Notes: a model not told the origin generated them from the sequence alone. A stretch of DNA of 46,034 nucleotides from Nannocystaceae bacterium (GCA_046351635.1 JAXLYC010000019.1:1-46034); one strand, 5' to 3'; positions 1 to 11,377 are shown, counted from the first letter of the stretch. Translations and numbers: made by a program.

Positions 1-2
1 AC

Positions 3-275
3 AAGCTGTCGTCGTTCCAGTGCCGCTGCGACGACGGCTGCGGCGGCAGCGTCTGCGAGGTCACGCTCGATCCGCACACCGCGACGTGCACCGGCACGTG
101 CGACGGCACCATCGGCAGCGACGGTCAGCCGTGCTTCGGCTGCGCCTGGCACATCGGCTCCGACTCGCCCGATCCCACGGATCCCTCCGCGGGCGAGCTC
201 GACCCCACGGGCGAGCCGGTGCCCAAGCCGCCCGGCGCCGATCCGGGTCCCGGCGCGGCCGACCCCACCGGTTGA
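3..275 (+). CDS. C-terminal end (partial, no start in window) of a Cys-rich secreted protein
   Basis: Frame 3 is open from the window edge to the TGA at 273-275. The translation (...KLSSFQCRCDDGCGGSVCEVTLDPHTATCTGTCDGTIGSDGQPCFGCAWHIGSDSPDPTDP...) is Cys/Gly/Asp-rich and not Arg-rich, unlike wrong-frame ORFs in this GC-rich DNA. Confidence 0.4.
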   Translation, partial: KLSSFQCRCDDGCGGSVCEVTLDPHTATCTGTCDGTIGSDGQPCFGCAWHIGSDSPDPTDPSAGELDPTGEPVPKPPGADPGPGAADPTG

Positions 276-311
276 CCTCCGCGCGCGCGCGGGGCCGCCA
301 CGGCGCCGCGA

Positions 312-1862
312 TCACGGCGCGTCGCTCAGGCTCTGCGCGTAGGCGTCGTTGCCGTCCGCGTCGACGAAGCGCACGTGCACCGCGTCGGCCTCGGGATCGA
401 ACGTCACGAGCACGCCGTGGGCGGCCGACGACGCAAACGCGAACTGCGGGCCCAGCAGCAGATCGCCCAGCACGCTGGTGTTGCCGCTGGTCAGCGCAAT
501 CTCTCGCAGGCCCGCGGCCCGGCCCTCGCCGCTGGGCTCGAGCCGCGACACGAAGCAGACGTGGAAGTCGCCAGACAGGAACCACACGTTGCGCAGGTCG
601 TGCTGGTCGATGAACTGCAGCAGCGCGTCGCGCGAGGCCTTGTAGCCCTCCCAGCGATCGCCAGCCGCGACGTCCCACAGCAGCGGCATGTTGGTGATCG
701 GCACCGAGTTCATGACGATCTTGAAGTGGCACGGGCTGTTGCGCAGCCGGTCCTGCAGGAACGCCATCTGATCCGCGCTGATGTACGTGCCCTGCGAGGG
801 GCGCCGCTCGTAGCGACAGTCCAGCACGATGATCTCCGCGGTGAGCCCCCAGCGATGGCTGCGCCACAGCCGGCGTGAGCCGTCGTCGGCGATGGGCATG
901 ACCTCGAAGAACGCCGCCAACGCATTGTCGCGCTTCTCGACCTGCTCGGGCTCCATGGTCTCGCGATCGAAGTTGCCGTTGTCGTCGACCTCGTGATCGT
1001 CCCAGGTCGCGTACAGCCCGGCGCCGGCGTAGAAGCGCTTGTAGCCCTCGGTGCCCAGCCAGCTGCGCCAGGCCGCGCGGTACTGCTCGCGGGTGAACGC
1101 ACCGTCGGCGTAGATCTGATCGCCCAGGTGCACGACCATGTCGTAGGGCTCGTCACTCATCACGTCGAGCGCGCTCCACGTCCACGTGCCGCCGACGTCG
1201 CCGTTGCACGCCGCGACCGCCAGCACCAGGGGCTCGATCGCGTCCTCGGCGATCGCGGTGCGCACCTGGCCCAGACGACTGCGCGCGGTGAAGCCGTCCG
1301 CGGGGCCGTCGAACACGCCGTAGCGGTACCAGGTGCCGGGGCACAGACCCTCGACCGTGAGCTTCACGAAGCCGGCGTCGTCGGGGACCACGTCCTGGTC
1401 GAACATCAGCGCGATGGTGTCGTCGCCCTCGAGCGGACGCCACACGCGCAAGCGCTTGGGCGCGCCGTCGGGGATCCAGATCGCGACCATGAACGATCGC
1501 GGCGCCATCTCGCCGGCCATGATCGCCAGCGGGAACATCGTCGCGTCCTCGGCGATCGCATCCGCGGCGAAGACCATCGCAGTGCCCTCGTCGCAGCCGG
1601 GCGCCTCGCCGGTGCTGCTGTCGTCGCCACCGCCGGTGCTCGACGAGCCCTCGCTGCTGGTGGCCTCGAGCGCGCTGCTGCTGCCGCCCTCGCCCGAGGT
1701 GCCCTCGCCGTGCGCGCCGCTGCTCGACGAGCCCCCGGTCCCGTCCTCGCCCGCGCCGGCCGACGGCCCCGCGCAGCCGAGCAGACCGCTCGCGGCCGCA
1801 CCGCCGGCGAGCTCGAGGAACTCGCGCCGCGAGGCCCTGCCTCCGCCTTGTCGCACGACCAT
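312..1862 (-). CDS. phoD: Alkaline phosphatase D (PhoD)-like metallophosphatase with Tat signal and lipobox
   Basis: Long ORF. The N-terminus MVVRQGGGRASRREFLELAGGAAASGLLGCAG has a twin-arginine motif and a Cys lipobox. A Gly/Ser-rich linker follows, then a PhoD-like domain (DHEVDDNGNF..., VWFLSGDFHV). The ATG at 1862 follows 36 junk residues of the six-frame ORF. Confidence 0.8.
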   Translation of the reverse strand: MVVRQGGGRASRREFLELAGGAAASGLLGCAGPSAGAGEDGTGGSSSSGAHGEGTSGEGGSSSALEATSSEGSSSTGGGDDSSTGEAPGCDEGTAMVFAADAIAEDATMFPLAIMAGEMAPRSFMVAIWIPDGAPKRLRVWRPLEGDDTIALMFDQDVVPDDAGFVKLTVEGLCPGTWYRYGVFDGPADGFTARSRLGQVRTAIAEDAIEPLVLAVAACNGDVGGTWTWSALDVMSDEPYDMVVHLGDQIYADGAFTREQYRAAWRSWLGTEGYKRFYAGAGLYATWDDHEVDDNGNFDRETMEPEQVEKRDNALAAFFEVMPIADDGSRRLWRSHRWGLTAEIIVLDCRYERRPSQGTYISADQMAFLQDRLRNSPCHFKIVMNSVPITNMPLLWDVAAGDRWEGYKASRDALLQFIDQHDLRNVWFLSGDFHVCFVSRLEPSGEGRAAGLREIALTSGNTSVLGDLLLGPQFAFASSAAHGVLVTFDPEADAVHVRFVDADGNDAYAQSLSDAP

Positions 1863-2176
1863 GGTTGCCTCCGCCTCGGAGGTGCTCGATACCGCGGTGA
1901 ACTGCTCACCGCAACGCGCGCGCTCGTGTGGGATCCGCCCTCGCGGGAACCGGCGCGCGCGCCCCGGCACGCTGTCGGCGGCGAGTCGCGGCCGCCCCCT
2001 GCGCGCGGGTCGACAGCCTCGGCGCGACCGGCACGAGGATCCACGGGCGTGCTCGCGCCGCGGGCCTGCAGCGCCGCGCGCACGGCAGCGCTGGCGTCGG
2101 CCTCGGTCGCAGCCGTGTACGATCGCCTGCGTCCTTTCGCGGCGAGCTCCGTCTTCGGGGCAAGAGGACCAAACCC

Positions 2177-3004
2177 ATGCCTGAACGAAACGAAGAAGAC
2201 GTCCGCGCCGCCGTGCGAGAGCGCTACGGCTCGGTCGCGCGCACCGGCACCAGCTGCGGCCCGGCCTGCTGCGGACCCGCCCCGCAGGCGAGCCTCGCGC
2301 TGGGCTACTCCGCCGACGATCTCGCAGCAGTGCCCGAGGGCGCCAACCTCGGCCTGGGCTGCGGCAACCCCCAGGCGATCGCAGCGCTGCAACCCGGTGA
2401 GGTCGTGCTCGATCTGGGCGCCGGTGCCGGCTTCGACTGCTTCCTCGCGGCGCGCCAGGTCGGACCCACCGGCCGCGTGATCGGCGTCGACATGACGCCG
2501 GAGATGATCGCCAAGGCCCGCGCCAACGCGGCCCGACTCGCGACCGCCAACGTCGAATTCCGCATGGGAGAGATCGAGCACCTGCCGGTCGCCGATGCCT
2601 CGGTCGACGTGATCATGTCCAACTGCGTCATCAACCTCAGCCCCGCCAAGGGCTCGGTCTTCACCGAGGCGTTCCGTGTGCTCGTCCCCGGCGGGCGGCT
2701 GGCGGTCTCGGACGTGGTCAAGCTGCGCGCGCTGCCGCCGGCGCTCGCGCGCGACCTCGACGCGCTCACCGGCTGCGTCTCGGGGGCCGCGAGCGTCGAC
2801 GAGATCCGCGCCATGCTCGAGGCCGCGGGCTTCACCGAGATCCGCATCGACGTCGAGGCCGGCAGCCGCGAGTTCATCCAGGAATGGTTGCCCGGCAGCG
2901 GCGTCGAGGACTACGTCGCCTCGGCCCGGATCACCGCGACGCGCCCCGGTGGCGCGCGCAGCTGTTGTGGCCCGAGCTGCTGCACGCCGGAGGCCGGCGC
3001 GTGA
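2177..3004 (+). CDS. arsM: SAM-dependent methyltransferase of the arsenite methyltransferase (ArsM) family
   Basis: [21 protein letters not shown]... with an N-terminal Cys cluster ([10 protein letters not shown]), the SAM-binding motif [13 protein letters not shown], and a C-terminal Cys-rich tail [17 protein letters not shown] at 2177 confirmed in sequence. Divergent from phoD across a 314 bp intergenic region. Confidence 0.8.
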   Translation: MPERNEEDVRAAVRERYGSVARTGTSCGPACCGPAPQASLALGYSADDLAAVPEGANLGLGCGNPQAIAALQPGEVVLDLGAGAGFDCFLAARQVGPTGRVIGVDMTPEMIAKARANAARLATANVEFRMGEIEHLPVADASVDVIMSNCVINLSPAKGSVFTEAFRVLVPGGRLAVSDVVKLRALPPALARDLDALTGCVSGAASVDEIRAMLEAAGFTEIRIDVEAGSREFIQEWLPGSGVEDYVASARITATRPGGARSCCGPSCCTPEAGA

Positions 3005-3013
3005 TCGAGTCGC

Positions 3014-3540
3014 GTGGGCTGGCGCGAGCTCGCCGAGCAGCTGCGGCCGTTCGTCGCCCGTCGTGTCGCCGCTGCGGCCGACGTCGACGACGTGTTGCAG
3101 GAGGTGTTCTTGCGCCTTCAGCGGGGCATCGACGGCCTGCGCGACGACCAACGCTTCGGGCCGTGGGTGTACCGCATCACGCGCAACGCCATCGTCGACC
3201 ACCAGCGATCGCTCGCGCGGCAGCCGGTGGTCGGCACCGACGACGGCGACGAGAGAGCGACTCGAACTCGACGATGGCGACGACGGCGTCGAGCAGGGGC
3301 TCGCGAGCTGCATCGCGCCGTTCGTGGCGATGCTGCCCTCGCCCTACCGCGAGGCGCTCACGCTCACCGAGCTCGAGGGCCTGACCCAGCGCGAGGCCGC
3401 ACAGATGCTGGGCGTGTCGCTGTCGGGCATGAAGTCGCGGGTGCAACGCGGCCGCGTGCAGCTGCGTCGCGCGCTCGAGGGCTGCTGCGACATCGCGGTC
3501 GACGCCCGCGGCCGCGTGATCGCCTACACGCCGCGCAGCG
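3014..3540 (+). CDS. ECF sigma-70 family factor (SigZ/CorE-like, C-terminal CC motif), apparently frameshifted near 3250-3260
   Basis: GTG at 3014, ten bases after the arsM stop. Sigma region 2 (ELAEQLRPFVARRV...DVDDVLQEVFLRL...FGPWVYRITRNAIVDHQRS) lies in one frame. Region 4 (PYREALTLTELEGLTQREAAQMLGVSLSGMKSRVQRGRVQLRRALEGCCD) lies in the frame of ORF 2676..4610. The switch is at the gagagagcga tract near 3251. No in-frame stop follows region 4. Confidence 0.65.
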
Positions 3541-3617
3541 ACGGCCGTCTGCCGGTCGGCGTGCAGACGCGGCAGTTTCTCCCGCGCGGGCGTTGCGACG
3601 GCCGCAGCGCCGCGCGG

Positions 3618-4610
3618 GTGCCCACGCGACTGGCCCACGAGCCCTCGGCGTGGCGCGCCGCCGACGTCGCCGACGCCGCGGCGTGGACCCACGAGCTCGG
3701 CGCGGCCGAACACGCCGAGCTGGTCGCCATCGTCGATCGCCTCGGCGAGCGTCCGCTCGCGGCGATCGACCGCGGCGCCCTGCCGGATCGCGGCGCGCTG
3801 GCCCAGGCCGCCCGCCGCTGGCGTGACGCGCTGCAGCACGGCCTGGGCTTCGTGCGCGTGCGCGGGCTCGACCTCGACGCGCTGACCGGCGACCGACTCG
3901 CGCGCGCGTTCGTGGTGCTGGGCCTGCACCTGGGCACGCCGGTGCCACAGAACCTCCGCGGCGAGCTGCTCACGGACGTGCGCGACACCGGGGCCGATCC
4001 GAGCCTGCCCAGCACGCGGCTGTACACCACCCGCGCCGAGCAGGACTTCCACACCGACGGCGCCGACATCATCGGGCTGGCGTGTCGCCGCGGCGCACGC
4101 ATCGGCGGCACCAGCCAGATCGCCAGCTCGCGCGCGATCGTGGCCGAGATCCAGCGCACGCAGCCCGAGCTGTACGCGGCGCTGTTCGACGACTTTCCCT
4201 GGCGCTACGAGGAACCGGGCGCGCCGCCGGTGGTGCTGACGCGGCCGATCTGCACCGCCCCGGCGGTCAGCGAACGCGGCGCGCGACTGAACACGTTCTT
4301 CATCCCCTGGTACATCCGCCGCTCGCAGGAGCTGGCCCAGGCGCCGCGGCTGACGCCGCTGCAGTCCGAGGCCATCGCGGCGATCGAGCGCCTCGCCCAC
4401 GATCCGCGCTTCCACCTCGACATGACGCTCGAACCCGGCGACGTGCAGTGGCTCGAGAACGCCGCGATCCTGCATCGGCGCACCGCGTACGAGGATCACG
4501 ACGCGGCCGATCGCAAGCGCCACCTGCTGCGGCTGTGGCTGAGCGCGCCGGACTTCGACGACGGCGACGCGCAGCTGCGCGCGGGCGTGACCCCGACCTC
4601 GTGCCGCTGA
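3618..4610 (+). CDS. TauD/TfdA-family Fe(II)/2-oxoglutarate-dependent dioxygenase (clavaminate-synthase-like); start uncertain
   Basis: Same frame as sigma region 4 with no stop between them. Translation shows TauD-like features (HTDGADIIGL, ...LDMTLEPGDVQWLENAAILHRRTAYEDH). The GTG at 3618 is the first plausible start. TGA at 4608-4610. Confidence 0.65.
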   Translation: MPTRLAHEPSAWRAADVADAAAWTHELGAAEHAELVAIVDRLGERPLAAIDRGALPDRGALAQAARRWRDALQHGLGFVRVRGLDLDALTGDRLARAFVVLGLHLGTPVPQNLRGELLTDVRDTGADPSLPSTRLYTTRAEQDFHTDGADIIGLACRRGARIGGTSQIASSRAIVAEIQRTQPELYAALFDDFPWRYEEPGAPPVVLTRPICTAPAVSERGARLNTFFIPWYIRRSQELAQAPRLTPLQSEAIAAIERLAHDPRFHLDMTLEPGDVQWLENAAILHRRTAYEDHDAADRKRHLLRLWLSAPDFDDGDAQLRAGVTPTSCR

Positions 4611-4622
4611 GCCCGGCGCGCG

Positions 4623-7600
4623 TCAGGGCTTGCCGTGCTTGCCGTGCTTGGCGTGCACGACCTCGACGCTCGCGTGCGCGGTGTGGCCGCGGCGCTCGGG
4701 CGCATACATGGCGTGGACGACCGCGGCGGGCATGCGGAAGCTGCCCGGCGTGGTCGCGCGCAGGAACACGGTGGCGACGTGCTCACCGGGCGACAGCGAG
4801 TCCGCAAACAGCAGCGCTCGGTCGCGCCACAGCTCGCGGTGGCTGACCCAGCCACCGCCGCGCGCCGCGAGCACCCGCGCGCGTGCGCCGGCGCCGAGGC
4901 CCTCGTCGACTGCCTCGAGCCCCGGCGGCAGCGGCAGCTCGATCGCGACGTAGCGCTGCGTGCGATCGACCGTGATGGTCACGTCGAGCGCGACCAGCTC
5001 GCCGGCGGTGACGCGCGAGACATCGCGCGCGTCCGCGGTCCGCAGCTCGCGGGCGATCGCGATGCCGTGGGCATCGGCGCTGCGGCCGGCGTCGCGCGGC
5101 GTCCACGACATGCCCACGCGCCAGTACATGCGGCCCTTGCCCTTGCGCTGCAACGTCACGCGCGGGGCCTCGCCCGCACCGGGCACGGCGATGTGCTGCC
5201 GCTCGTGTCCGGGCTTGGGCGTGCGACCGACCAACGAGATCTCGTGGCCGCCGCGCTCGCCGATCCACGCCGCCGCGGTCATCGCCGGCACCACGGTCTC
5301 GCGCGAACGCGCGTAGCGAGACAGCGACAGCAGGGCGTAGGCGCGCTCCTGCGTGTTGGCGAGCCGACCAGCGCCGCGCAGCTCGCCGAGCCCGCGCGCG
5401 AGCGGCTCGATGATGTCGTCGTCGGGCGCCGCCATCAGCAACGCCAGCAGCACCATCGCGTCGGTGCGCGCGCTGGTGTCGAAGTACTCGTCGTAGTACG
5501 TCGGACCCGGCCGCACGGTCGCGGTGCCCTCGCGCACGTCGACCACCTCGCGCAGCTCGGCCAGCAGGGTCTTGCCCGCCGCGCTGCCGGGCTCGAGCGC
5601 GTGGCTGGCCATCAGCAGCAGCGCCTTGGCGAAGATCGGCAGCTCGGCGCGGTGCTCGTGCAGCGCCGCGACCAGTGCGACCGGGCGATCGCCGGCGGCC
5701 ACGAGCGCCTGCGCGGTCATGGCCGCGACCACTGGATCGACGCCGAGGCGATCCCACACCGCCGCCGGGGTCGTGCCCTCGGTCGGTTGCGCGAGCTCGA
5801 CGCCGATGCGCGCGCGCAGATCATTGCGCATGCCCTCGGTCAGCGATTCCGGCACCGCGTGACCCTCGGCGCGCAGCTGCTCGAGCACCCACAGCGCATA
5901 GGCGGTGCCCCACACGTGGACATGGCTCGCGCCGGGCCAGTAGCCCAGGCCGCCGCCGCCGACCTGCATCGCACGCAGCCGCGCGATGCCGGCCGCGACG
6001 TGCTCGTCGACGTCGATGTCGAGGAAGCCCTGGTGCGACAGCCCGCGAAGCGCCACCAGCGGCAAGAGCCCGCTCGAGGTCTGCTCGACGCAGCCGTAGG
6101 GATACGTCGCCAGATCACGCGCCATCGGCTCGAGCCCGGCAAGCATGGTCCCGGCGAGCTCGACGTCGACGTCGAGCCCACTGCGGCCCAGATCGCGCGG
6201 CCGCGCCAACGCGACCGCGAAGGCGCCGTCGTCCTCGATCGACCCGTAGGCCGCCGCGAACTGTCGCAGCTCCTTGGGCTCGGCGATCTCGAACGTCGCG
6301 CGCACGGCATCCTGCAGCTTCGGTGCGCCCTCGCCGGCGGCCAAGCTCGCGCGCAGCTCGAGCTCGACCTCGCCGGCCGACTTCGCCTGCAGCACGAACG
6401 GCAGCTTGGCCTGTCCGCCCGCGACCATCGAGACGCCCAGCGCCGGCGGCTCGACCAGCTCGACGTGCTGCTTGCCGCGCACGATCGACAGCGACAGCTC
6501 GGCCTCGCCATCGGGCCCGCCGAGGTTCTGCAACATCGCCGCGAGCTCGGCGCGATCGCCCGGTCGCAGGATCCGTGGCGTCACCGCGCGCACGACCAAG
6601 GGCGCGGTCACACGCACGCGCGCGTCGCCGTGACCGAAGCGCGCCAGGCCCGGACCGCTGGGGCCGTCGGCCGACGCGATCGCGGTGACGCGGAAGGTCG
6701 TGAGGTTGTCGGGCATGGTGCCGCGCACCGTCGCGTTGCCCTTGGCATCGATCGCGGCGTCGCCGATGAAGATCGGCGTGCCCTCGAACTTCTGCCGCGC
6801 GGTCGGGGCCGAGACGCTGCCGCCGCGCACGCCCAGCCCGCCGCTGCCGTGGCCGGCCCCGCTGCCGCCGGTGCCGAACCCGCCCCACGCCAGCGAGAAC
6901 GGATCCTCGCGGGTCTGGTACGGCCGCAGCACCTCGGAGTAGGTCTCGAGGAAGCGCGTGGGCACGTACCGCGGCGCCGCGAAGGTCGCGGTGAGCAAGA
7001 TCGAGGATCACCCAGCGCGACAGGGAGGTCGGCACCTCGTCGACCGCCCACACCGCCACGCGTCCGGACGCAGGCTGGCCGTCAGGCCCCTGCACGTGCA
7101 CGGCGATCGGCAGCTCGGCGCCGGCATTCGTCACCTCGGGCACGTCGAGTTCGACCGTGAGCCGGCAGGTGTCGGACGCGACGAACACGTTGGCCGACGC
7201 GGTGTAGATGCTGCGGCAGCGCGGCGTCGGCGCTGCGACCGACCACGAACGCGTGAAGCTCGACATGTGGATCCATGCGTCGGTGACGGGTAGCTCGATG
7301 GTGGCTTCGCCCTTGACCAGCTCGAACGGCACGGTGCGGCGCAGGCCCAGGTGCGAAACGCGAGCACGCCGTGGGCATCGATGGTCGGACCATGGGCCTT
7401 CACGACCAGGGTCTGACCCACCGCGGGCGCCTGCGGCGGCAGCTCCAGCTCCAACCACCGCAGCTCGCGGGGCTCGGGGCGGACCACGGGCCGCGGCTCG
7501 TCGATCCAGAACGATTGCTGCCACACCAGCGGCGTCTCGTCGATCGTCGCGGTGAGGTCCGCACGGTAGCGACCCGGCGCCAGCTTGCCGCTGTCGCAGC

Positions 7601-10332
7601 GCGCATCGTCGCCGCTGGTGGTGGTCTCACCGCGGCAACGCTTGACCCGCTCGGGCACGTCGACCATGACGTCGTCGGGGCCGCGCTTGGATCGCATGCG
7701 CGACAGCTCGAGCGTGTAGGCCTGCACCCGTCGCTGCTTGCCGTCGCGATCGACCGCGCGCAGGGTCCAGCTGCTGCCGTCGCTACGCTCGGTCGCCTTG
7801 ATCGCGAGATACTGCGAGGGATACACGAACCACGTCGCGGTCGCGCCGACCTCCTCGAAGCTGGCGTCTTGCACCGCGACGTCGATGCTGCAGGTAGTCG
7901 CCCGCGCAGCAGCCGGTCGACACCGCGTACGCACCGTGCCGTCGCCCTCGATCACCGCCTCGCCCGTGAGCGTGCGCGACCACGCCTCGTCCGGATCGGA
8001 CACCGCGGAGCCATCGACCAGTCGTCGTCGAGCCCCGGCAGGCGCACGCGACGCTGGCTGCAGATGTTGGCGCGGGCGCCGATGCCGTGCACGTGGCCAC
8101 CGAAGTAGAAGCTCGCGTGGGTCACGATCTCGGCCGGCTCGCCGCGCACGCGCGCGTCCGCCAGCGCCGCGGCGCGGACCTCGAACTGCGGCGGCCTCGT
8201 CGCGCAGCTCGAAGCGGGCTGAAGCGATGGCCGTCGATGACGGCGACGGCGTCGGCCATGCCCAGCGACGCCGTCGGCAGCAGGCGCAGGCGACCCCAGT
8301 ACTTGCCGTGGGCCGTGATCGCGACGTTGCGCTGCGCGACCGTCGCCGCGGCCGTCCGAGCTGCAGCACGACCTTGGTACCGGGCTTGGGCCGCGCGAAG
8401 GCCGTGCTCGGTGGTCGGGGTGCTGATCGCGGCCCAGCCCACCATCGAGACCGTCTCGCCCGGCAGGTAGATCGCGCGCTCGGTCGCGACGTCGCTGCGC
8501 AGCTCGTCGTGGGACACCGCCTCGGTCGGGGTCGCCAGCGCGACCAGGGTGCGGTCGTCGCCCTTGCGCACCAGCACCGACGCGCCCGCGGGTAGCACGC
8601 CCTCGCGCGGCAGCTGGGCGAAGCCGTCGTCGCCGGTGCGCAGTCGCTGCGTGCGCTTGCCGGCGGCGTCGATCACCTCGATCTGCGCGCTGGCGACCGG
8701 CGTCAGGTCCTCGAGCCGTCGCACCTGCAAGCGCGAGGTGCCCGGCGAAAGCCACGCGGCCAGGCCCAGATCGGTGACCTGGAACAGCCCGCGCGTGGGC
8801 GTGGGGCCGGGGCGGCCGCGGGCCTCGTCCATCACCGTGCCGGGCACGATCTCGACGAACAGCGGCCGACTCTTGCCGCCGGCGAGCGACGCGACGTCGA
8901 GTGCGATCGAGGACCACGCGAAGCGTCCGCTGGGTCCGAGATCGAGCTTGCGCTCGAGCGCATGTTCGGGGTGCTTGGGGAACGGCACCGAGGCGAGATC
9001 GCCGTGCTGCATCGCGACCCACTCGCTGTCGCTGGGCACCGCCGCGCGCAGGGTCGCGTCGTGCAGCCACCGCGACTCGAGCCCGACGGTGGTCGCGAGG
9101 CCGGGCCGCAGGGTGCCGCGGCTGCCGACCAGCTCGATCGACGGCGGTGGTGACACGAACACGACCTCTCGCGGTCGCTCGCCCGACAAGGCCTGGCCCA
9201 CGCGATCGCGCAAGTTGGCGGGGAACGTCACGCGGTAGCTCCGCAGCTCGAACTCGCCGTAGAGCGTGACCGCGCTGTCGCCCCAGGCCTCGCGGCGGAA
9301 GTGCTTGGGCCGCGGGCTGAGATCGATGCGCTCGAGGTCCTTCTCGGCGAACGGTGCGTCGAACTGCAGCGTCACGCCCATCGGGCCGCAACCGTCGCCG
9401 TGATCCTCCATGCACTGCACGCGCGCGCGCGGCCCCTCGGAGACCAGGAATCGCGCGACCGCGGGCTTGCCCAGGGCGCCGGCGCCTGCGGGTGCGAAGC
9501 GCTCGTCGAGCACGACCTCGACCTCGTGGCCCGCGGGCCAGCGGGTCGCGGGGTGCACGTGCAGGCGCCCGAGCTCGGGCGGATCGAGATCGACCGGCAG
9601 CGGGTGGCGCTGGTGTTCGCCGAGCACCCGCACCGGCACCGGCACCGCGGTCTTCGGATCGGCGCCGCGCTTCCACGCCCGCGCGCGCACGTGACCGCGC
9701 AGCGCCGCGGCGGTCGTGGGCAGCTCGACGCGCACGTCGACCGCGGCCTTGTGGTGCACCGTCGGCAGCGTCGACGCGGTGACCTCGCCGTCGTCGGCGG
9801 TGTCGTCGAGCGGTTGTCCCCACTGCCACGACGAGACCGGCTCGAGCTCGGCCCACGGCGCGCGGGTCTGCAGCGCCCACGACTCGTCGATGGTGATGAC
9901 CGTGCCGTCGTCCCGTTGCAGCTGCCCCTTCGCGCGCACGCGGTAGCTGCGACCCAGCGCCAGGGGTTCGCTGGGCACGAACCACGCGCGGTACGGATCG
10001 ACCCACACCGTCGCGCCCTCGACATGCGGTTCGAGCTCGAATCGCAGCGCATCCACCTGCGGACGCATCGGCCGGCTGAAGTGCACGTACGGCTGCGCCG
10101 ACTCCGACACCGGCGTGCCCGCGCGGGGTCCCACCGCTGCGACCTCGGCCGGCGCGCCGACCAGCTCCGGATCGCGCTTGGGTGCGTGACCGGCGGGATC
10201 GACCGTCGCGATCACCTCCGCTGCGGGCGGCCCCGCCGGCGCCTCGGGCACCAGCGCCCGCGAGGGGCCGTGGCACGCCGCCAGGGTCGTGAGGGCGAGG
10301 ACACCGTGGAGCTTGCGACGCGCGAAAGGCAT
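4623..10332 (-). pseudogene. Alpha-2-macroglobulin family lipoprotein gene disrupted by at least four frame changes
   Basis: N-terminus MPFARRKLHGVLALTTLAACHG (lipobox) starts at the ATG at 10332. The thioester motif YPYGCVEQTSS lies in the 3' part. Protein-like sequence moves between frames: the frame of ORF 8122..10473 down to about 8200; the frame of 7952..10567 to about 8040; the frame of 7131..8369 to about 7370; the frame of 6115..7524 to about 6990; then the frame of 4623..6998 to the stop. Confidence 0.75.
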
Positions 10333-10579
10333 GCGAAGACGAGCGCGAGCATGACAGCTCGCCGCCGCCATGGTTCCGCTGCGGCGCGAAGCCTGTGCGG
10401 CCGCGCCGTACGCCCCTGCGCGGCCCCTTCGCGCCGAGCTTGACGCTTCGGCGCGCCGATCTGCCCATCGCACGGCACTGCCCCGCCTGGACCACGCTGC
10501 ACGCGGACCCGACCGGCCGCGCCTGGTGCCAACACCGTGACCGCGCCGTGCACATGCGCGGGTCCACGCGCGAGGTCGC

Positions 10580-11377
10580 TCAGCCGCGCTCGATCGCGAC
10601 GCCCAGTGCGGTCGACAGGCGCTCGGCGAGGGCCTCGGCGTCGCTGCGCGCGACCGAGAAAGCAGCTTCGTCGAAGAGCACCAGCTGCTCGTCGCCCTCG
10701 AGAACGAGGGTGACCGAGACCATCTTCGCGCCGCGATACACGCCGGCCAGCCGAATCGATCGCGCCTCGGTGATGGCGTGGGACTGCTCGTCGATCCGAT
10801 GCCAGAACCTGCGGCGCACCACCACCGCGCGGCGTCGGGTGTCGATCTCGAGCTCGAGCCGCCGCGGCGCGCGGAAGAACGGCACCACCCACACGGCGCC
10901 GAAGAGGAACGTGATGACCACCTGCGGCCAGCCCATCGTGTCTTCGCCGGCGGGGTACGTCAGATCGAGCGCTGGAGCATCGCCTTCGGCGAAGGTCCTG
11001 GCGACGGCCACGATCTCCTCGTAGCGCGCCGCTGCGCCGCGACCGTACGCGTGCTGCGAGAGCTGCACGTCGTGGCCGTTCGCTTCGCGCACCCACAGCA
11101 GTCGATCGTCGTCACGGCCGTCGGCTCGGATCGTCGAGAGCGCGGTGAGCTCGAACGTGCGCGGCGACCATCCCGCCGACACCGGGCTCACCGTGCACTG
11201 CGCCGCCGCGCGATCGCAGTGCAGCGTGACGGTGTCGGGCTCGTACAGCTTCACGAAGAACATCAACACCGACACGGGCAGCAGCACGAACAGGGAGATG
11301 TACCCCATGTACTTCACGAAGCCCGCCCGCGCGGTGTGCTCGATGCGGATGCCCCCGTCGTGCTCGACGATCTTCAC
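10580..11377 (-). CDS. Hypothetical integral membrane protein
   Basis: 265-aa ORF starting at the GTG at 11377 (MKIVEHD...). It has two clear hydrophobic helices (YMGYISLFVLLPVSVLMFFV, WPQVVITFLFGAVWVVPFF) and normal amino-acid composition. Confidence 0.5.
   Translation of the reverse strand: MKIVEHDGGIRIEHTARAGFVKYMGYISLFVLLPVSVLMFFVKLYEPDTVTLHCDRAAAQCTVSPVSAGWSPRTFELTALSTIRADGRDDDRLLWVREANGHDVQLSQHAYGRGAAARYEEIVAVARTFAEGDAPALDLTYPAGEDTMGWPQVVITFLFGAVWVVPFFRAPRRLELEIDTRRRAVVVRRRFWHRIDEQSHAITEARSIRLAGVYRGAKMVSVTLVLEGDEQLVLFDEAAFSVARSDAEALAERLSTALGVAIERG

Noticed and set aside
1406-3313. 635-aa minus-strand ORF, and the 993..2480 plus-strand ORF
   Set aside because: They overlap the phoD and arsM genes in the wrong frames or strands. 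The Arg/Pro/Ala composition is degenerate.
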